Shown: positions 37,301-51,395 of the stretch, one piece after another
How the letters are laid out: each line of letters starts with the position of its first letter
How positions within the stretch are numbered: the first letter of the stretch is position 1
Assembly: GCA_002633005.1 (NCBI GenBank)
Contig: NMRA01000164.1
Location: 434,489-498,488 of the forward strand
DNA length: 64,000 bases
Direction: 5' to 3'
Source of the DNA: Phoronis australis
Lineage: Eukaryota; Animalia; Phoronida
Position numbers and translations under genes: made by a program
Notes under the pieces: model-generated
What the model saw: only the letters and a program-made list of their open reading frames with translations
The model's database searches: none
What the model was told of the DNA's origin: nothing

Positions 37301-40300
37301 GCTGTTACATAGTTATTGATCAGCAGATGGCTCATAATCCAATCAGCTTGAACTGGTCATTTTTGTGTCGCCTCTTTTATTAGTACACAGTGGCTGCCTC
37401 TATAGTCCATTGAGTGATTAGCAGTGTTCTGTCCACCTGTTGCTGTCGACGGGTCTTCTTTGTTTTGACCTCTGATCTTCGTATCTGGTTCTCTCACGGA
37501 TAACCTCACTGTGGTACGGTAAAATCTCACCAATTTGGGATAGACATCATTGCTGAAATTGGATCTTTCCTCATTTTTCCAAACCTTCTTACATTGTTGT
37601 GGATGGCACAATTGATCAAAATAATCCCCGATTGTAACTGTGGTAGAAACGTTAAAAAGTTACTAGTCCGAGTTTTGTGAATAAGACTGTTGAAGTTCAG
37701 ATTAAACTATAAGTTTTTGCATGTTATACTTTGAAATGATTTGTGTTCTTTGATCCGGGTTCAAAAAACCACCAAAGTCATGTGTCCTTGCGTTTAGTAA
37801 TTGGGGAAAACTTTAGTTGGTGTCCCCATAAAAATTCGAAACGTTGCCAGTGTCCCCCACTTGTTTGCGGAAAAAATTCAAAACTTTGTGAAAGCTTGTA
37901 AAATCTTGATCTGGTCACAATTTCTAATTATTCAAATTCAACGAAAAATGGTGAAAAACAATGATTCTGTGACTTTAATAATGACAATGCATTTCTTTGG
38001 TGTTACTTATCCTGCATGAAAGTAAAGAACAAATATAATAATTCCCCTCCAGCATTTTGTGTCCTAAGTTGGTGTAATTCTTCGTTATATGTGATGTTAA
38101 AGTCCCACGCAGGTCTAATTTGGTCCTGTCAAAGCATGCATCTCAATCTGTCATAAATGGCAGAGTGGGATGCAACTCTGAAGGGACAAAGTTGGATAAG
38201 TATCGTAGATTCCTAGAAAGACCCCAGCGTTTTCCCACCTCCAGGACAAAGGGGATTTCTATCCTTGACCGTCCTATTGGATGTGACTGTCTGACCCGTT
38301 CACACTATCAGTGAACTCCACTCTGTCTATAGTGCATATGCAAACTCACCACATTAAAAACCTTTAAAAAGACTCTTCTTCAAAACACAAAGTAAGGGAT
38401 GGTGTTGCATATTGCTTTAATTACACTTAATTGTTAAAGTGAGATTCGTTCGTGGGAGGGGGTAGATCGAGAGGGCTGAGGTTATATTGCTTCTTTATTT
38501 TGTGGCCGGCAGGTACTTTCTGTTTTCAGTGATTGTTAGTTCTGTTTTGGCTTAAGTCAGAAGGCTGGCCTAGTTTCTTTTGTATCTCGTTTGTGTCACT
38601 TGCAGTTTCAGTTTGTACACTCAAGAGTGTTTCATCATGTTATCTCAATCTCCCACGTAGTGACCAAGGTCTCCCCTATGGACAGTATTTCGTAATATTT
38701 CAGCCCCCACACATATGCTGGTATATGCAGGTGCATATTGCCACCAATTCCATCCACGGACTGCTGCTGTATTTCCCAAAACCCACGTATTTTTTACCTT
38801 TTGCCTGTGTTTTATCAAATTTTTTGACATATTTTCATGAAATGTGCCACATTGGTTTTTATTAAGGAGACGGTGACACCTTGTTTTCAGATTCAACATA
38901 TTGTGTGACCCCTTGTGGCAATTCTTTATTATTTAATTTTGTGTGGCGTATCTGTCCTCCAAACTGCTTTAAAGATCATTTTGTGAATATGTTGCTACTG
39001 AGGAGATCATGTCTGACGTTGATTTTTCAATGTGTGTGACTGCTGTGGTGTCCCTTGTCGCAATAATTTGTCTCCCTGTGCTACAGTATCTACCAAGTTA
39101 CTTGATGGATCTTCTTAAAATATGGTCTACCATATGTATTCTTAAACAGCTGATGTTGATTTTGGGACAGTTCAGTAACTGTGGGATCCCGAGTAGTGAT
39201 TTTGATTTTCTTTGCATATGCCTCAATATCTACCAAGTTCCTTGATAAATCTTCATGAAAGTGTCTGCGAAGGAGACACCCGCAAAGGACCTGTTTCAGA
39301 TTGATTACACCTATTTTGCACGTGTCCCCTCGTGGCCATTTTTATTAGTTATGTATCTCCTTTTTAAATTCACCTGCCTATCTGCCAAACCACTTGAGGA
39401 ATTGTCTTAGAAGTTAGCAGATATGTTCTCATTCAGGAGAGCATGCCTGACATTAATGTTCCGACAGATCCGATAACTGTTGCTCCCCTGGTGACAATCG
39501 TAGTTTCTTTGGGTCTGGCTAGATGTGGATTGGATATACACGAAATTTGGCAGGCGTAAGTGAACATGTGGAAGAGAGAACGACTGACGTTGATTATATA
39601 CTAGGACAGATCCAACTACTGTCCTGCTCCCTTGTGGCAGTTTTGTTTTTTGCACGTGCCTCAACGTCTACTAAGTCACTTGATAAATCTTCATGAAGTT
39701 TGGCACATATTCCTGTTGAGGTGAGGATGGCTAGTGTGGTTCCCTCTTGTAGCAATTTGAGTAATTGGGTGTCTCTTGATCCTACCAGGTTCTTAATGAT
39801 ATCTTTGCTGTTTGCGTTGGGCACATTTCAGTGCTCTGTGCTCTGTGTTGCTCTTGTTACTGTTCTCTTAACCACAGTAATGCCATATAGTCACAGCTGG
39901 TTTTTCATTTAGCTTATTATAATCTATTTGTGTGAACCGTTAATGTTTGTAATGGATTCTTCAGTTTGAGAATAGCTCGGCTCTAATTGTTCTATATTAG
40001 TGATAACAGTATTGTGCTCGAAATTCTTCAGTTTGAGCCAAAATAATCACTTATATTGTCACTTTTCTACATTTCGAAAGACTTACCACATTTAATGGAT
40101 GTACTCAAAGTTTTACCACTTATTGTGTGCTAACAACTCTACCATACAAACTTTGTTAAAATTTTCTTCATTCAAATGGCATCACATCACGAGTGGCAGC
40201 AAACAGGCCATGGTGACATTTTAAAATTGGTCATGGAGAATACTGAATAAATGTGAAGATTTGACACGGTGCAGCTGNATGTGAAGATTTGACACAGTGC

Positions 40301-43300
40301 AGCTGACTTCTTTGTGTTGGATTTGTAAGTCTTTCTGTAGTTTTGATTGATTAAACTTCATCTACAAGTTAAAAACGTTCAGCATACTTTAACAGGGCAG
40401 TTCACTTGATAATAACTGAATTGCCTTGATTAAACTTCATCCACAAGTACGTTTACGGGGCGGTTCACTTGATAATCACCGAGTTGCTTAAAGTTGTTGG
40501 AGAGAGAGATTTGCTAGCAACTCTGAGAATGAACCTTTAGGTCATTTTCATTGTTTCAGCTGATGCAAGGTCAAACTCCTGTCTGGTCTCACATACAGTA
40601 TAACACCCAGAGGTTCTAGCTGCTGAACTTTGTACTGTTTAGTGCTAGTGCCAAAGGTTGCTTTTAACTGACTCATACAGTCACTATGATTGCCTTGTTG
40701 GGACAAGAGCCTTTCATTAGGTGCTCTATATATATACATATATACATTCACACATTTCTTGTTAGAAGGTGTCTTTTTCTTTATGTTATATATTCTCAGT
40801 GAGGGATTTTGAGCTCCCACCAAGATGGGGCTTCTTCGGAAACGTGGTTTGAAAAAATCCTCATAGGGTCTCTTTAAGGATCGTCTTGCGTGTCAGGTGC
40901 ATTTGGAAAAAGAAGGCAATATTTTTTTTAGTTTTTGATGTTGAAAAGGACCATTAAGATATTTTAAGTAGATCATTTGTCAACAGAAGTGTAGACAAAA
41001 GCGGATAAAGTGCGATTTTCAGTTCCCCATGGTTGAATGAGGGCACTATGGGTAGCCTAGTACATTTCTAGTACTTTTTTGTGAAAAAAGTAACCTGGTA
41101 TTTTTTAACGCAGTCACTTCTGCAAAATGAACATTTCCTCCTGGAGGCTCTTTTGAGAGTTCTTGCATTGCAATTTGCTTTGACCAGTCTGTCTTGTGTT
41201 CAAGCTTACATTAAAATTATTTTGGCAGTTATCAATTTAATTGGTGTGGCATAAGAATAGGTTTTCACTGAATTAGTGCCATCGCAGGGGTATGGTTCTA
41301 GAAATGGCCCTATTTCTTTGAATCATTTTGAAAGCTTTATTTATATAAGAAAATGTACTACCAAAAAAATTTGTAGCCTTTTTTCTTCATGGTCAGAAAC
41401 TGTCATGGTCAATAGTGACTGTTTCCTTGTTCTGAACTTCATTTTAATCTTCTGTGACTGATTTAATTCCGTGTTGTGCAGTTGCATGCTTATTTCTTCA
41501 ATTAGAAAAAAAAAACATGGTGACAATAGTTACGTACTCAGTTTCTCTCATTACGTACTGAACATATTTGAAAAACCGGTAATTTAGGACACAATATGTT
41601 AGACAAGTGATATCTTATTTCCCAATAGACACTGTTTTGAAGTATTTTGGGCACCCACAATAATTTTTGAGGCGCCTGCAAAAATGAAAAGCGTCTGTCT
41701 TGGGAATTATCTTTGTATATAATTCGCGAGATTTTATGGTAACATTGTATTGTTGCACCTCTACTGTTGTATTTAATCTGGTCATGTATGAGCCAGGCTT
41801 TCTTCATCAATGTAGGGTGACATTGCCTAGGTATTCCCCTGTGAGGATTCGATATATAACCCAAGGATTTACGTGTCACTCATCTGGTTCATGGGGTTTC
41901 GTACTTGTCTGTAGGGATAAGAACTCCTTATAAGTACCTCGGCAAAGTTCTGCAGTCTGTTGACATTGATTACTTTAAGATTAAGTACTGTGGTTTGTTT
42001 CAAGCGCTTTCTGCTGCTCACTGCTAATCAATATGCCGGTATGTCCACAACAGAGATTTATACGATCCAATATTAGAGCGTTTTCTTGGAATGGAATCAA
42101 TTATTAGTTATAGCCACTTATGCAGGTCGACTTATTTTTAAAAGAATTGTCTAATATCAAACGTGTGAAATTCACACCTTTTCCATACAATAAACTTATC
42201 ACCAGTTGGCTGTTTCACTAATGGTTGTACAACCTTCTCTGGTTTTAAATTGTATGTACACAGGTTCTTGTAACTTGGCCTTTTTGAGGTTTGAAGAGAT
42301 ACTTTAAGATAAGTATTTTTAAATTATCATTACTGAGAAATAATAGATGTATTCCAAGTGTCGAGATGACTAGATTTGATTTTTTTCATTGATCAATCAG
42401 ATTGTTATCAAACAAATGTAACAAATCATTCCATTTTATTTTCAGGAAAGTACCTTTCTTTGTGCGAGCGCTTGCTCCAAAAGGCTCATTAGAATTTCAT
42501 GAAAAGGCTTGGAATGCATATCCATATTGTAGAACATTGATAACGGTAAGTGATCAGGGGCATTCACTTGTAAAATGCAAATCCAAACTATGTTATTTGG
42601 CCACACAAAAATTAAATCTCAAACCTGTCCTTACCATGATAGAAAAAGACTCCCATCCTTAAAGATATTCAGGACATCAGCAAGTGAATACTGAGTGTCA
42701 AAAACATGAAAGTTGACAGGGCTGGCCACCTCTTTCCAAATATTAGGTCGTTGCATAGGTGAACCTTCATTTTTTGATGTCAGGTAACAATTCTATCGGG
42801 GCAAGGTGAATTTCGAGGCCAGGGTAATTTCGTGTTAGATTTTCATGTGATGTTTTTATGCGCCCACATATTTATACGTGGATGCATTTTGCCGTTCGTC
42901 CGTCTGTCCGTCCAGGTGGCGTCCGTCCGGCGTCCGCTGCTCTATCTCCAAAACTCTTTGACATACGTTCATGAAATTCGGCACATATGTTCCATTCATG
43001 AATGGGACGGCATGTGCGAACTTTCGGCCAGATCCGACTACCGGTGTGCCCCCTAGTGGCAATTTTAGTTTTTTACGCTTACCTTTGTATCTTCAAAAGT
43101 CCTGAACGGATTTTCATGAAATTTGGTATGTAGGCACCTATTAGTGAGGTGACGCTATCCTGCCGTTTTCATATGGATTCGACATAGTTTGCGCCACCTA
43201 GTGGCCATTTTTAGTGTTTTCGAGTCTGTTTTTGTGCGTCCACCCCTCTATCAACCAAACCGCTCAAAGGATGATTGTGAAAATTGGCATGTATATGCTT

Positions 43301-46300
43301 ACTATGTAGAGGACGGTTGACGATGATTTTCCGACGATTTCGACCACTGTGGCGCCTCCTAGTGGCAGTTTTGTTTTTTGCGCCTATGGCTGTATCTCCT
43401 AAACCGTTCGTAGGATCTTTACGAAATTGTGTAAGTATATTTATATGGTGTTAACAACTGGAGATGACGACTTTTGGACGGATCCGACTACCGGTGTGCC
43501 CCCTAGTGGCAATTTTAATTTTTTATGCTTACCTTTGTATCTTCAAAAGTCCTGAACGGATTTTCATGAAATTTGTTATGTAGGCACTTATTAGTGAGAT
43601 GACGCTATCCTCCCGTTTTCAGATGGATTCGACCTAGTTTGCGCCACCTAGTGGCCATTTTTAGTGTTTTCGAGTCTGTTTTTGTGCGTCCACCCCTCTA
43701 TCAACCAAACCGCTCAAAGGATGATTGTGAAAATTGGCATGTATATGTTCTTATTATGAAGAGGACGGTTGACGCTGAATTTCCCATGACTTTGATTACT
43801 GTGGCGCCTTCTAGTGGCAGTTTTTTTTTGCGCCCATGGCTGTATCTCCTAAACCGTTTGCAGGATTTTTACTAAATTTAGCAAGTGTATTTATGTGATG
43901 TTGACAACGGACGATGACGACTTTTGGATGATTCTGACTACCGGTATGCCTCTAGTGGCAATTTTAGTATATTATATTGACCTCTGTATTTTCATAGGTC
44001 TTCAGGTGTATACTTTGTGTTACTTCGTGACTATGAAGGAAAAGTTCCAAGTAGACATTTGTTTCTGGCATTCTAATGCTGTGCTAATCTCGTATGTTGG
44101 TAAATTTGTTTTTAATTCTATGTTTCTGTTGTGCTTTAAGCAACTGGTGTATAGGATGTGCTTGTATTATGAAGATTACTTACATTTTGCCTCTAGCCTA
44201 TTGAGGAGACAATGACCATGCCTTTCCATTTTGCAAAGTACAACATACTGCATATATGCCCTCTACTGGCCACTTTATGGTACCAATAAACAACCCTAGA
44301 AGGATACCGTATGCGGTGCAATTGTGGGCGCATTTCAACGCTCTGCGTTGCTCTTGTTTTATTATGGATGTGAAGGGAAACCACTACGTAGTCCCTGTAG
44401 ACATGGACATTTCCATAAAAAACATTAAAATATAGATTTGAATTCTTACTATGGTAAAACAAAAAGTATGAAAACGTCAAATTTGGGAAAGACGTAGCAT
44501 CTTGTAGCTCAAACTCCCAGGATGCCTATCCAACTCTTTTAGGGGATTGTTCGGGTGGTCTGTTATAAGGCTTAATCTCGTGTAAATGTGAAGATTTATT
44601 TAGGTGTGTTTTTTTGCAATTCGGCATTGGAGGATGCCATCATAAATCATAATTATAAAAAGTAGTTTGGACAGTATAATTGAATAGATATACAACATGA
44701 TGTAAAAATTATCTCTGTAGGTTGAAAAGTTTTCAAGATATGAGTATTTACAGATTGCAGGGTCCGCTAATAAGGGGAAGTTTTTTACGGTGTAAATTGC
44801 TAATTAGATGAGCAACTTCAAAAATAATGAGAATTGTATAAATCTTGTGTCAACAACTGTACACATTTTGAGGAGATGTGACGGGATAGATTTTTTTGAA
44901 AGTCTGACATAGAATTAAACCACCAGGTTGTTTATTTAATTTGAATATTACATGTTTAGACCCCTTTAGTACTCTGAAATATCTGTGTGAGCCCAAAAGG
45001 ACTTGACACTTTCTGCCACTGCTTATTTCGGGGAACACATTAACCATGGCAAATACAATTAATAGAGCCCTTGCACCTGTATTAGGAAAGTTTCCAAAAA
45101 TAATACCTTAAGCATGAACTTGTGGGTCCTACCAGGGATTTCCACAAGAGCTCCCATCAAGATAGTCTCTGTGAGGAGTGGGACGGGTAGAGTATAAGAC
45201 CAGGGTGATGAAGTGAAACAGGCTGCAGTCATAGGTTGATTTGGACTGTTTATTGTCATTATTGTTTGTGTGTGCTCTTCAGAATGAATACATGGGTGAA
45301 AACTTTTACATCACAATTGAAAGCCTACATCTTCCTGACAAGGGTAAAACAGAAAACGTGAGTATTTAGTTCCTTGATCAACTAAAGCATTTTTTGGCAA
45401 AAATTTGGGACGAATCATGATTACTGAAATAGTCTTGGATTGCTGTGACTATAGGTGGTTCTTTTTGTGCTTTTATACTTTTTGTATGTTAATTCTCCAC
45501 TTATTTTAGCACACAAGATGGTGGGCAAGTACAATAATACTTCGTCAATGAAATTTCTCAACAGAGACGTGTTCAAAATTTACAGAGTTCATAGTATGGT
45601 TCGTACTGTAGAGCTGCCAAAACAATTCCTTGTAATTTTTTTTTGGCAAAATAGTAAGCCTTTGAACAATAGAAAAAATATTTCTTAGCAATATTTTCTG
45701 CAAAATAAGTGAAAGTTATGGTACCTAGTATATAGCTGGTACGAGTTGGTTGTGTTATTGGAGCTGCTGAATTGAACTCTTAAAGACTTGTTTGAAGGGA
45801 GTGCAACCTTTGTTGATGTTTTGTTTAGTAAGAATACCTCGTCCCTGGTTGTCTTGTAGATATATTTTCTGTCTTAACTACTCTTCCCTGGTCAATATTT
45901 GCCATCCATGGAACAATAACTGGCGCAAACAGTCGAGGAAAAACCTGCCATCTTGATTCTGCATTAACTGCCAATGAGCTAACTCGATGTCCTACTCGAT
46001 ATTCACATTAAAAAGTGTATATGTTTTTATACGTATACATATACGTATATATGTACATAATTATATACATATACGTATATATGTACATAATTATGCTCAT
46101 CAATATACAATTACATGTACATTTACATATATTTCAAAAGAGTGACAGCACAGTCTCCTACAATCTTGGTATTTTTTTCTGCAGAATTTTATCTTTTTAT
46201 TAGATTCATCTCCGCTTCTTTTTCAGGCTCACGAACTCACTGGCAAGGCTTTGCAGATGAGGAAGGTTTTGGACTTGGATATAGCCACTACAGAATACTT

Positions 46301-49300
46301 AAACTCATCGGTGAGACTGAGACTGATGTATGCAAGGAGAGGAGACAGTGTACTGTAGTGGACCAGCTTCGGGTCTTGGTTACACTGGCAGATAGTTTGG
46401 GGGATTTTGCCTAGGGCACTGCTGTCAGTTTTCAAATGCATTGCGTGGTGATATCCGGCTCGTAAACATCATTGACACTGCAAATAACTTGTGGGCACGT
46501 AACCTGATTCATGATTTGCATTTAAGGTGGTGAGATTTGACTTCAGTGTGACCAAATGACACGTGCCTGGAGACTTGCTCATCTGCGTATTTCTTCGATG
46601 CATTTTGGACACCAAAAAGCATATTGTAATTGACTTTGTGCATGCGAGTGACGAGTGTTGTATACCATCATATTGTTTGCACGTCACCAAGTTCTCTTTG
46701 ATGTCACTTACAACCGTCCCACAATGCACTTGAAAACAACAGAACCGCCCTAGATGAAATGGGCCGAATTGAGGGTTACACAAAAGGGTCTGCTATTATA
46801 AACCCACTTTCTGTAAAAAAACTCACATTTGATCTAGGAAACTTGCTATTCTTGTTCTAGGGAAGAACTGACAGTTGATTATTGCTTGTGATCAGGCACC
46901 ATAAGTTGGCTTGTCACTGTGAGTGATTTTATGGGTTGGGGCATGTCAAGCACTACAGAACTGTTCAATCATAGCCTAGGAATCATTCCTCGTTTTAGTA
47001 AGAAACAAGTTGAGACCAGTTTCATAGTGGAAAGTGATCCAAATCAAAATTGTTTTTATGGCCAAAGGAAGCTTAATAGGCGATCTAATAGTGAATGGAT
47101 TTAAGCAACCTGGGCATAACGTAAAAATGTTTTCCAGTGGGTAGTTGAGATTTTCTGTAAATGTCAATTTAATTGATTCTTTTTCTGGCCACTAGGAAGT
47201 GTGACTTGTTGTGACAGTTGGGGAATCTTGTTATTCAGTTCAGAGGTTGCTTTTTTCTAGTTATTCAATAATTTATGGGGGCAATTAAAAAGAGAGTAGG
47301 GGCCATGATGCCTTGGTTTTGGGGAGGGAGACAAAGTCATCATCTTGTTGCATAATGGTACCTTTTTATGACTAACGGTTTGTGCGATGGATTGTGGGAC
47401 ACCGGTCAGCCAAGAAGTGTGAAACCAACCAATGAAAGCAGAGAATGTACAACTACATTTGCAGCCAAAAGGTGGTGAGGGACATGTATATCCCACAATT
47501 CCTTAGCCATTCAAGGGTCCAGTAGCCGGTTGTGTGAAACAGTCCCAAATAGGGACTCTACTAAGTTCTTTAAATCTTTTGCATATTTGGTTCATTCTAT
47601 ACTCACAGATTTATTATTTTTTTATCAGTTTATCTTTATTATGAACTCCTTTTTGACTAATGTCATTTTTTAATGATATAACTAAAAACTGAGCCCTTAA
47701 TTCAATCAAAATAGTTAGGGACTTAGTCCTTAAATTAGGGGCGTTGCATGAAAAGATCCCTACTTATTTTCAGTGATACTGAGAATTCAACGTAGAGTTC
47801 AGTCTCAATTTGTTGTTAAAGCCATTTGCTTATTAATGATACCCAAACAACGTAAGAAAGGACATTCAGTGTTTTCACTAGCCAACAAATACAAAATAGA
47901 TTTAGGAAACTTCTATTTGGGTCTGGTTCATACAACAGAACCTTACACATGAAAAACAAGCACGAGGTCTTGCAATCCTCAGGCGTATTCATGCTGTGCA
48001 GTAACAGGTTAGCACCATGACCATGACAGAAGTAGGACAAAAATCGGATGGTATTTTGCAAAAGGTCCATTACTGATACAGTACCAGACAAAAGTAATCA
48101 GACAAAATCCCGTTTCTCTGTCATGACAGCTAATTCTGTTCACAGCAAAAATTGCTGGTAATAGCTATTGTGGCAGCATAATTCTAATTACAGAATATCT
48201 TGGCCACCTTACTAATTTTCCCATTAATTTCAAAGATTCTCTATCATGTTGGAAGGGTGGTCTGACCACATCTGGCAGTTGTTACGAGGGAATTCCGAGT
48301 CATTTGCTCTTAATGCTTTTGGCATGTATTGTACATTTGCGGCTTGTACATGCAATATGCTTTAGCCTAGCAGTTGTTACATACCATCTGTTTCACCTTA
48401 AAGGACTTGGTCCCAGAGGAGGATCCCACCAAGTTCAGGTCCACCAAAACAGGCCGTGGTCCACTGGGCCCTGACTGGCAGAAGACCGCCTCCCCGGTCA
48501 TGTGTTGCTACAAGTTGGTCAGCGTCTACTTCAAGTGGCGAGGCTTACAAACTAGTACAGAGAACTTTATCCTCAAGGTGTGTTGGTTAGTCCGTGGCAT
48601 ATTAACAGTGCGTTGACTTCAATGAAGTATCTGATATACGCATACGGAACGTTTTTGTGAATCCTGTCAGTCGTGCTTTGGCATGTCTTCGTGCGTTTTT
48701 TATTGTCAGTCCCCTGATAACCACTACGTAAACACTTGTTATTCCCATCCATTCTATTCTAATGTGAAACTCACTCTAATGTCTTAAATGTAAAATTGTG
48801 AAATACGTGAAATTGAGACTATTGAAAGCTAAAAATTTTCATAACTGATCGAAGTTGACATTCTTTAGTGTAATTTCAGGAGCATGTTTTTCATGCTCAC
48901 AGAAAGGGTCGAATAAAATCAGTCAATCCAATTTTTACAACACTTGGTTAATTGTAAATTACAAAAATTCTCAATCTTAGCTGTGAGCTTAGATTACAAA
49001 TGAGTGGCAATTGTTTACAGGGAAAAACATTTTGGGCTGTTCGTTTACAAAGTTCTCAGTTAAGCATTGCTTTTCACTCCTGTTTGGTTTGTTTCAACAG
49101 CAATATCCACGGATGTTCAAACGGTTACATAGGCAGCTGTTCTGCCAGACAGACATGTGGTATGGCATGACCATGGAGCAGATCCGAGAGATGGAGGAGC
49201 AAACTAAAGAGGAATTGACAAAGGTGAGGGGTCATTCAGGGGTAGTGGCCATTTTAAGCTGCTTTGAGTTCACTATACGTCTGATGGCCTTTTCTCACCA

Positions 49301-51395
49301 AGTTAAATCTGGTGCTAGCATCGGCATAAACTGCAAAGGTAACTTGAGCTTCCCCCTAGGTTTGGCTGTTAACAAACACCGTAGTTATCGCTAGGTGACG
49401 CCATTGTCATCGAAGTTATCACAAATTGGAGTGGTATGATCTTCACCATAGTCACAGCTGATCCCTGCCGACAACTTTGATGGACTCCAAAGTTGAGTGT
49501 TCTTACTGTAGCAACGTGTTGACCCTTCGCTGTTGAATCCAACTGCTTACTGCGAAGTAAACTTGAGCTGTTAAAACTTTGATCCAAGACTGTATTTCAT
49601 TGTTCTCTCTGAGTAACACTGCCCTAAACACCAAAGCGTGTAAGTAAGTGGGAGAGGCCTGTAATGAACTAGCTACTGATTTAGTCCCTTTGATATTATA
49701 AAACGGGCAATAATTCATAGGGGTCCCGAGGGGGGAGCAGTGAATGTATTGCTGCTCGAGATCATGCTTAGCACGTAAAATGATCAGCCAAGTCAAGCCA
49801 ACTTTCTGTGCCTGGTTTGAAGCAGTAATGAACTGTCCGTTTTTACTAAGCCCGGAGATCACAGTGGGTCCATAAAAACTTTAAATGTGCGTGTATGCAC
49901 AACATACTCCAGGTATGTTGCAACCAGATTGCATAAATATTATACGACAAGACATTTTCAAGGGAGCATAGAAGCCGGAGTCAAAAATTTGCTAAGTAGT
50001 TGATTGTAGATGTTTTAAGAGATGGGTGTATTTTTCTCTACCAACATATTTCTGGGTGTGTAGCTAATCCATTGGTGGGTGCACAATGAGAAACAGTTTG
50101 ACTGACATCACAGTGTTTACCTCCGGCTCTGTTGATGAGTCTTAGTAAAATCCAGTGAAAATTCTTTTAAGCAATAGATTTTATCACGAGTCTGCAATGT
50201 TTGTGTTCAAATATAATGTGCGAGCCTGTATTAGCAAACTTGGCTACTTCCTTTATGTTTGACATGTGTTCTGCCCAATCAAATTTGAAAAATACCTTCA
50301 AAACTTTGTTATTAACCCTATAGTAGTTTGCCAGCAGCCACTCATGCCTACAAAACTGGTTGAAGATGCAGCAGGACTGTCTGTTTACAGCTTTAATGCA
50401 CAGTCTTTCAAACGTCGGTAACATTTGTCAATCCTCCAAGGAACATAGACTGTCTTGGGATCTTTTCTGGGGTTTTGTTATGTTACTATTCAACTACTTG
50501 TTGCCAACATTGTCGCTAAAGAAAAACATTGATTGAAAATCAGTGTTTTTATTTGGGATAGTGAAATGGATTCTGCAATCTCTCTAAAATATAAAAAGTC
50601 AAGTGAATGAGGCAAAGTCTCCTTGACCACTTGCTAATCTGTGTCTGGTATTGCTAAAATGTGCCACACAACCGATTCAGAATTGAGCCTCCAATCGGGA
50701 AGGTTTTTCAACTTGGAAAAAATTTCAAATTTCTATCTTAATTGTTTGTTGCAGGATTGACAAATATACTGGGAGTTTTGACAATTATATTGTTGTTAAT
50801 AAACAGTGCTGTTGTGTATTCACCCAACTTAAAACACCAAGTTAGTATGTGGGTATTGCTTGGTTACCAACTTGATAACTGAGCAGAGAATGGATTCCCC
50901 ATGACATGATGACAAAACTTGTTTACCTGAAATTCAGCGATATTTTGTGGTAAAATGTGTCAAAGCCAAATGGGATGTTTTGTTGAGTTAACTGTTATTT
51001 TATGCTTCATAAAATTGTGTATCCTTTTTCACAAGTTGTATACATTGCTATCGCTGTCACAAATACTGTCTTACCTATGTGACAAAAAAGAAAAGTTGAT
51101 GCGACTTACACATGTAAAAAGCATCAAAAAAGCTGTGACATCTGAAACTTCCCTATGACATTTTAAAATGTGACAAATTCTGACTTGCCATTAAATATGA
51201 ATCCATTCTCTGAAACTAGAAATATATTGGACCCATTGTAAAATAATGTCAACAATCTGCAAGATTGAATTGCACTCAGCCATAATATTACCAACATATT
51301 GTATCTCTTATTTTCCTGTCGTTTTAATGAAAGAAATATTTACTTTTCAGGCTATAGCGAGTGGATCAGTAAGGGGTACTAAGGTAGAAAAGTAA
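31379..51395 (+). CDS. Class I phosphatidylinositol transfer protein (PITP alpha/beta-like), 286 aa
   Basis: In-phase exons 31379-31425, 33706-33736, 35482-35663 ([29 protein letters not shown]), 42446-42545 ([15 protein letters not shown]), 45283-45357, 46227-46310, 48404-48577 ([16 protein letters not shown]), 49101-49223 (HRQLFC), 51351-51395. Alpha versus beta cannot be assigned. Confidence 0.93.
32719..33533. mobile_element. Fragment of the 21753-22438 MITE family interrupted by a second foldback
   Basis: 32719-32775 matches the 21753 terminus, and about 33473-33533 matches about 21919-21979. Confidence 0.7.
32778..33463. mobile_element. Foldback/palindromic MITE with about 285-bp arms, PITP intron 1
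   Basis: AGTCGGATATAATGGACCCTAAC ... GTTAGGGTCCATTATATCCGACT. It produces the mirror ORFs 32835-33086(+) and 33164-33406(-). Confidence 0.85.
36676..36862. repeat. About 36-bp minisatellite, about 5 copies
   Basis: Unit approximately GTGATCATATAATTTGTAAAAGTTCATAGAGCAATA. Confidence 0.85.
38800..39800. repeat. Degenerate tandem array of about 140-bp units
   Basis: Recurrent (G/C)TCCCYTNGTGGCA-like motif near 38907, 39050, 39186, 39324, 39483, 39627 and 39740, alternating with TTCATGAAA(T/G)TTGG-like motifs. Confidence 0.6.
42852..44280. mobile_element. Non-autonomous Helentron/HINE-like element with internal 450-bp higher-order repeat
   Basis: T-rich start, (GTCC/GTCT)n microsatellite at 42895-42936, and TTCATGAAATT motifs. 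GATCCGACTACCGGT recurs at 43031, 43481 and (degenerate) 43930. Outer boundaries are approximate. Confidence 0.65.
46015..46095. repeat. TA-rich 30-bp tandem repeat
   Basis: TATACATATACGTATATATGTACATAATTA repeated. Confidence 0.75.

Noticed and set aside
40251-40305. 27-bp direct repeat
   Set aside because: It flanks a single N and is an unmerged contig overlap.
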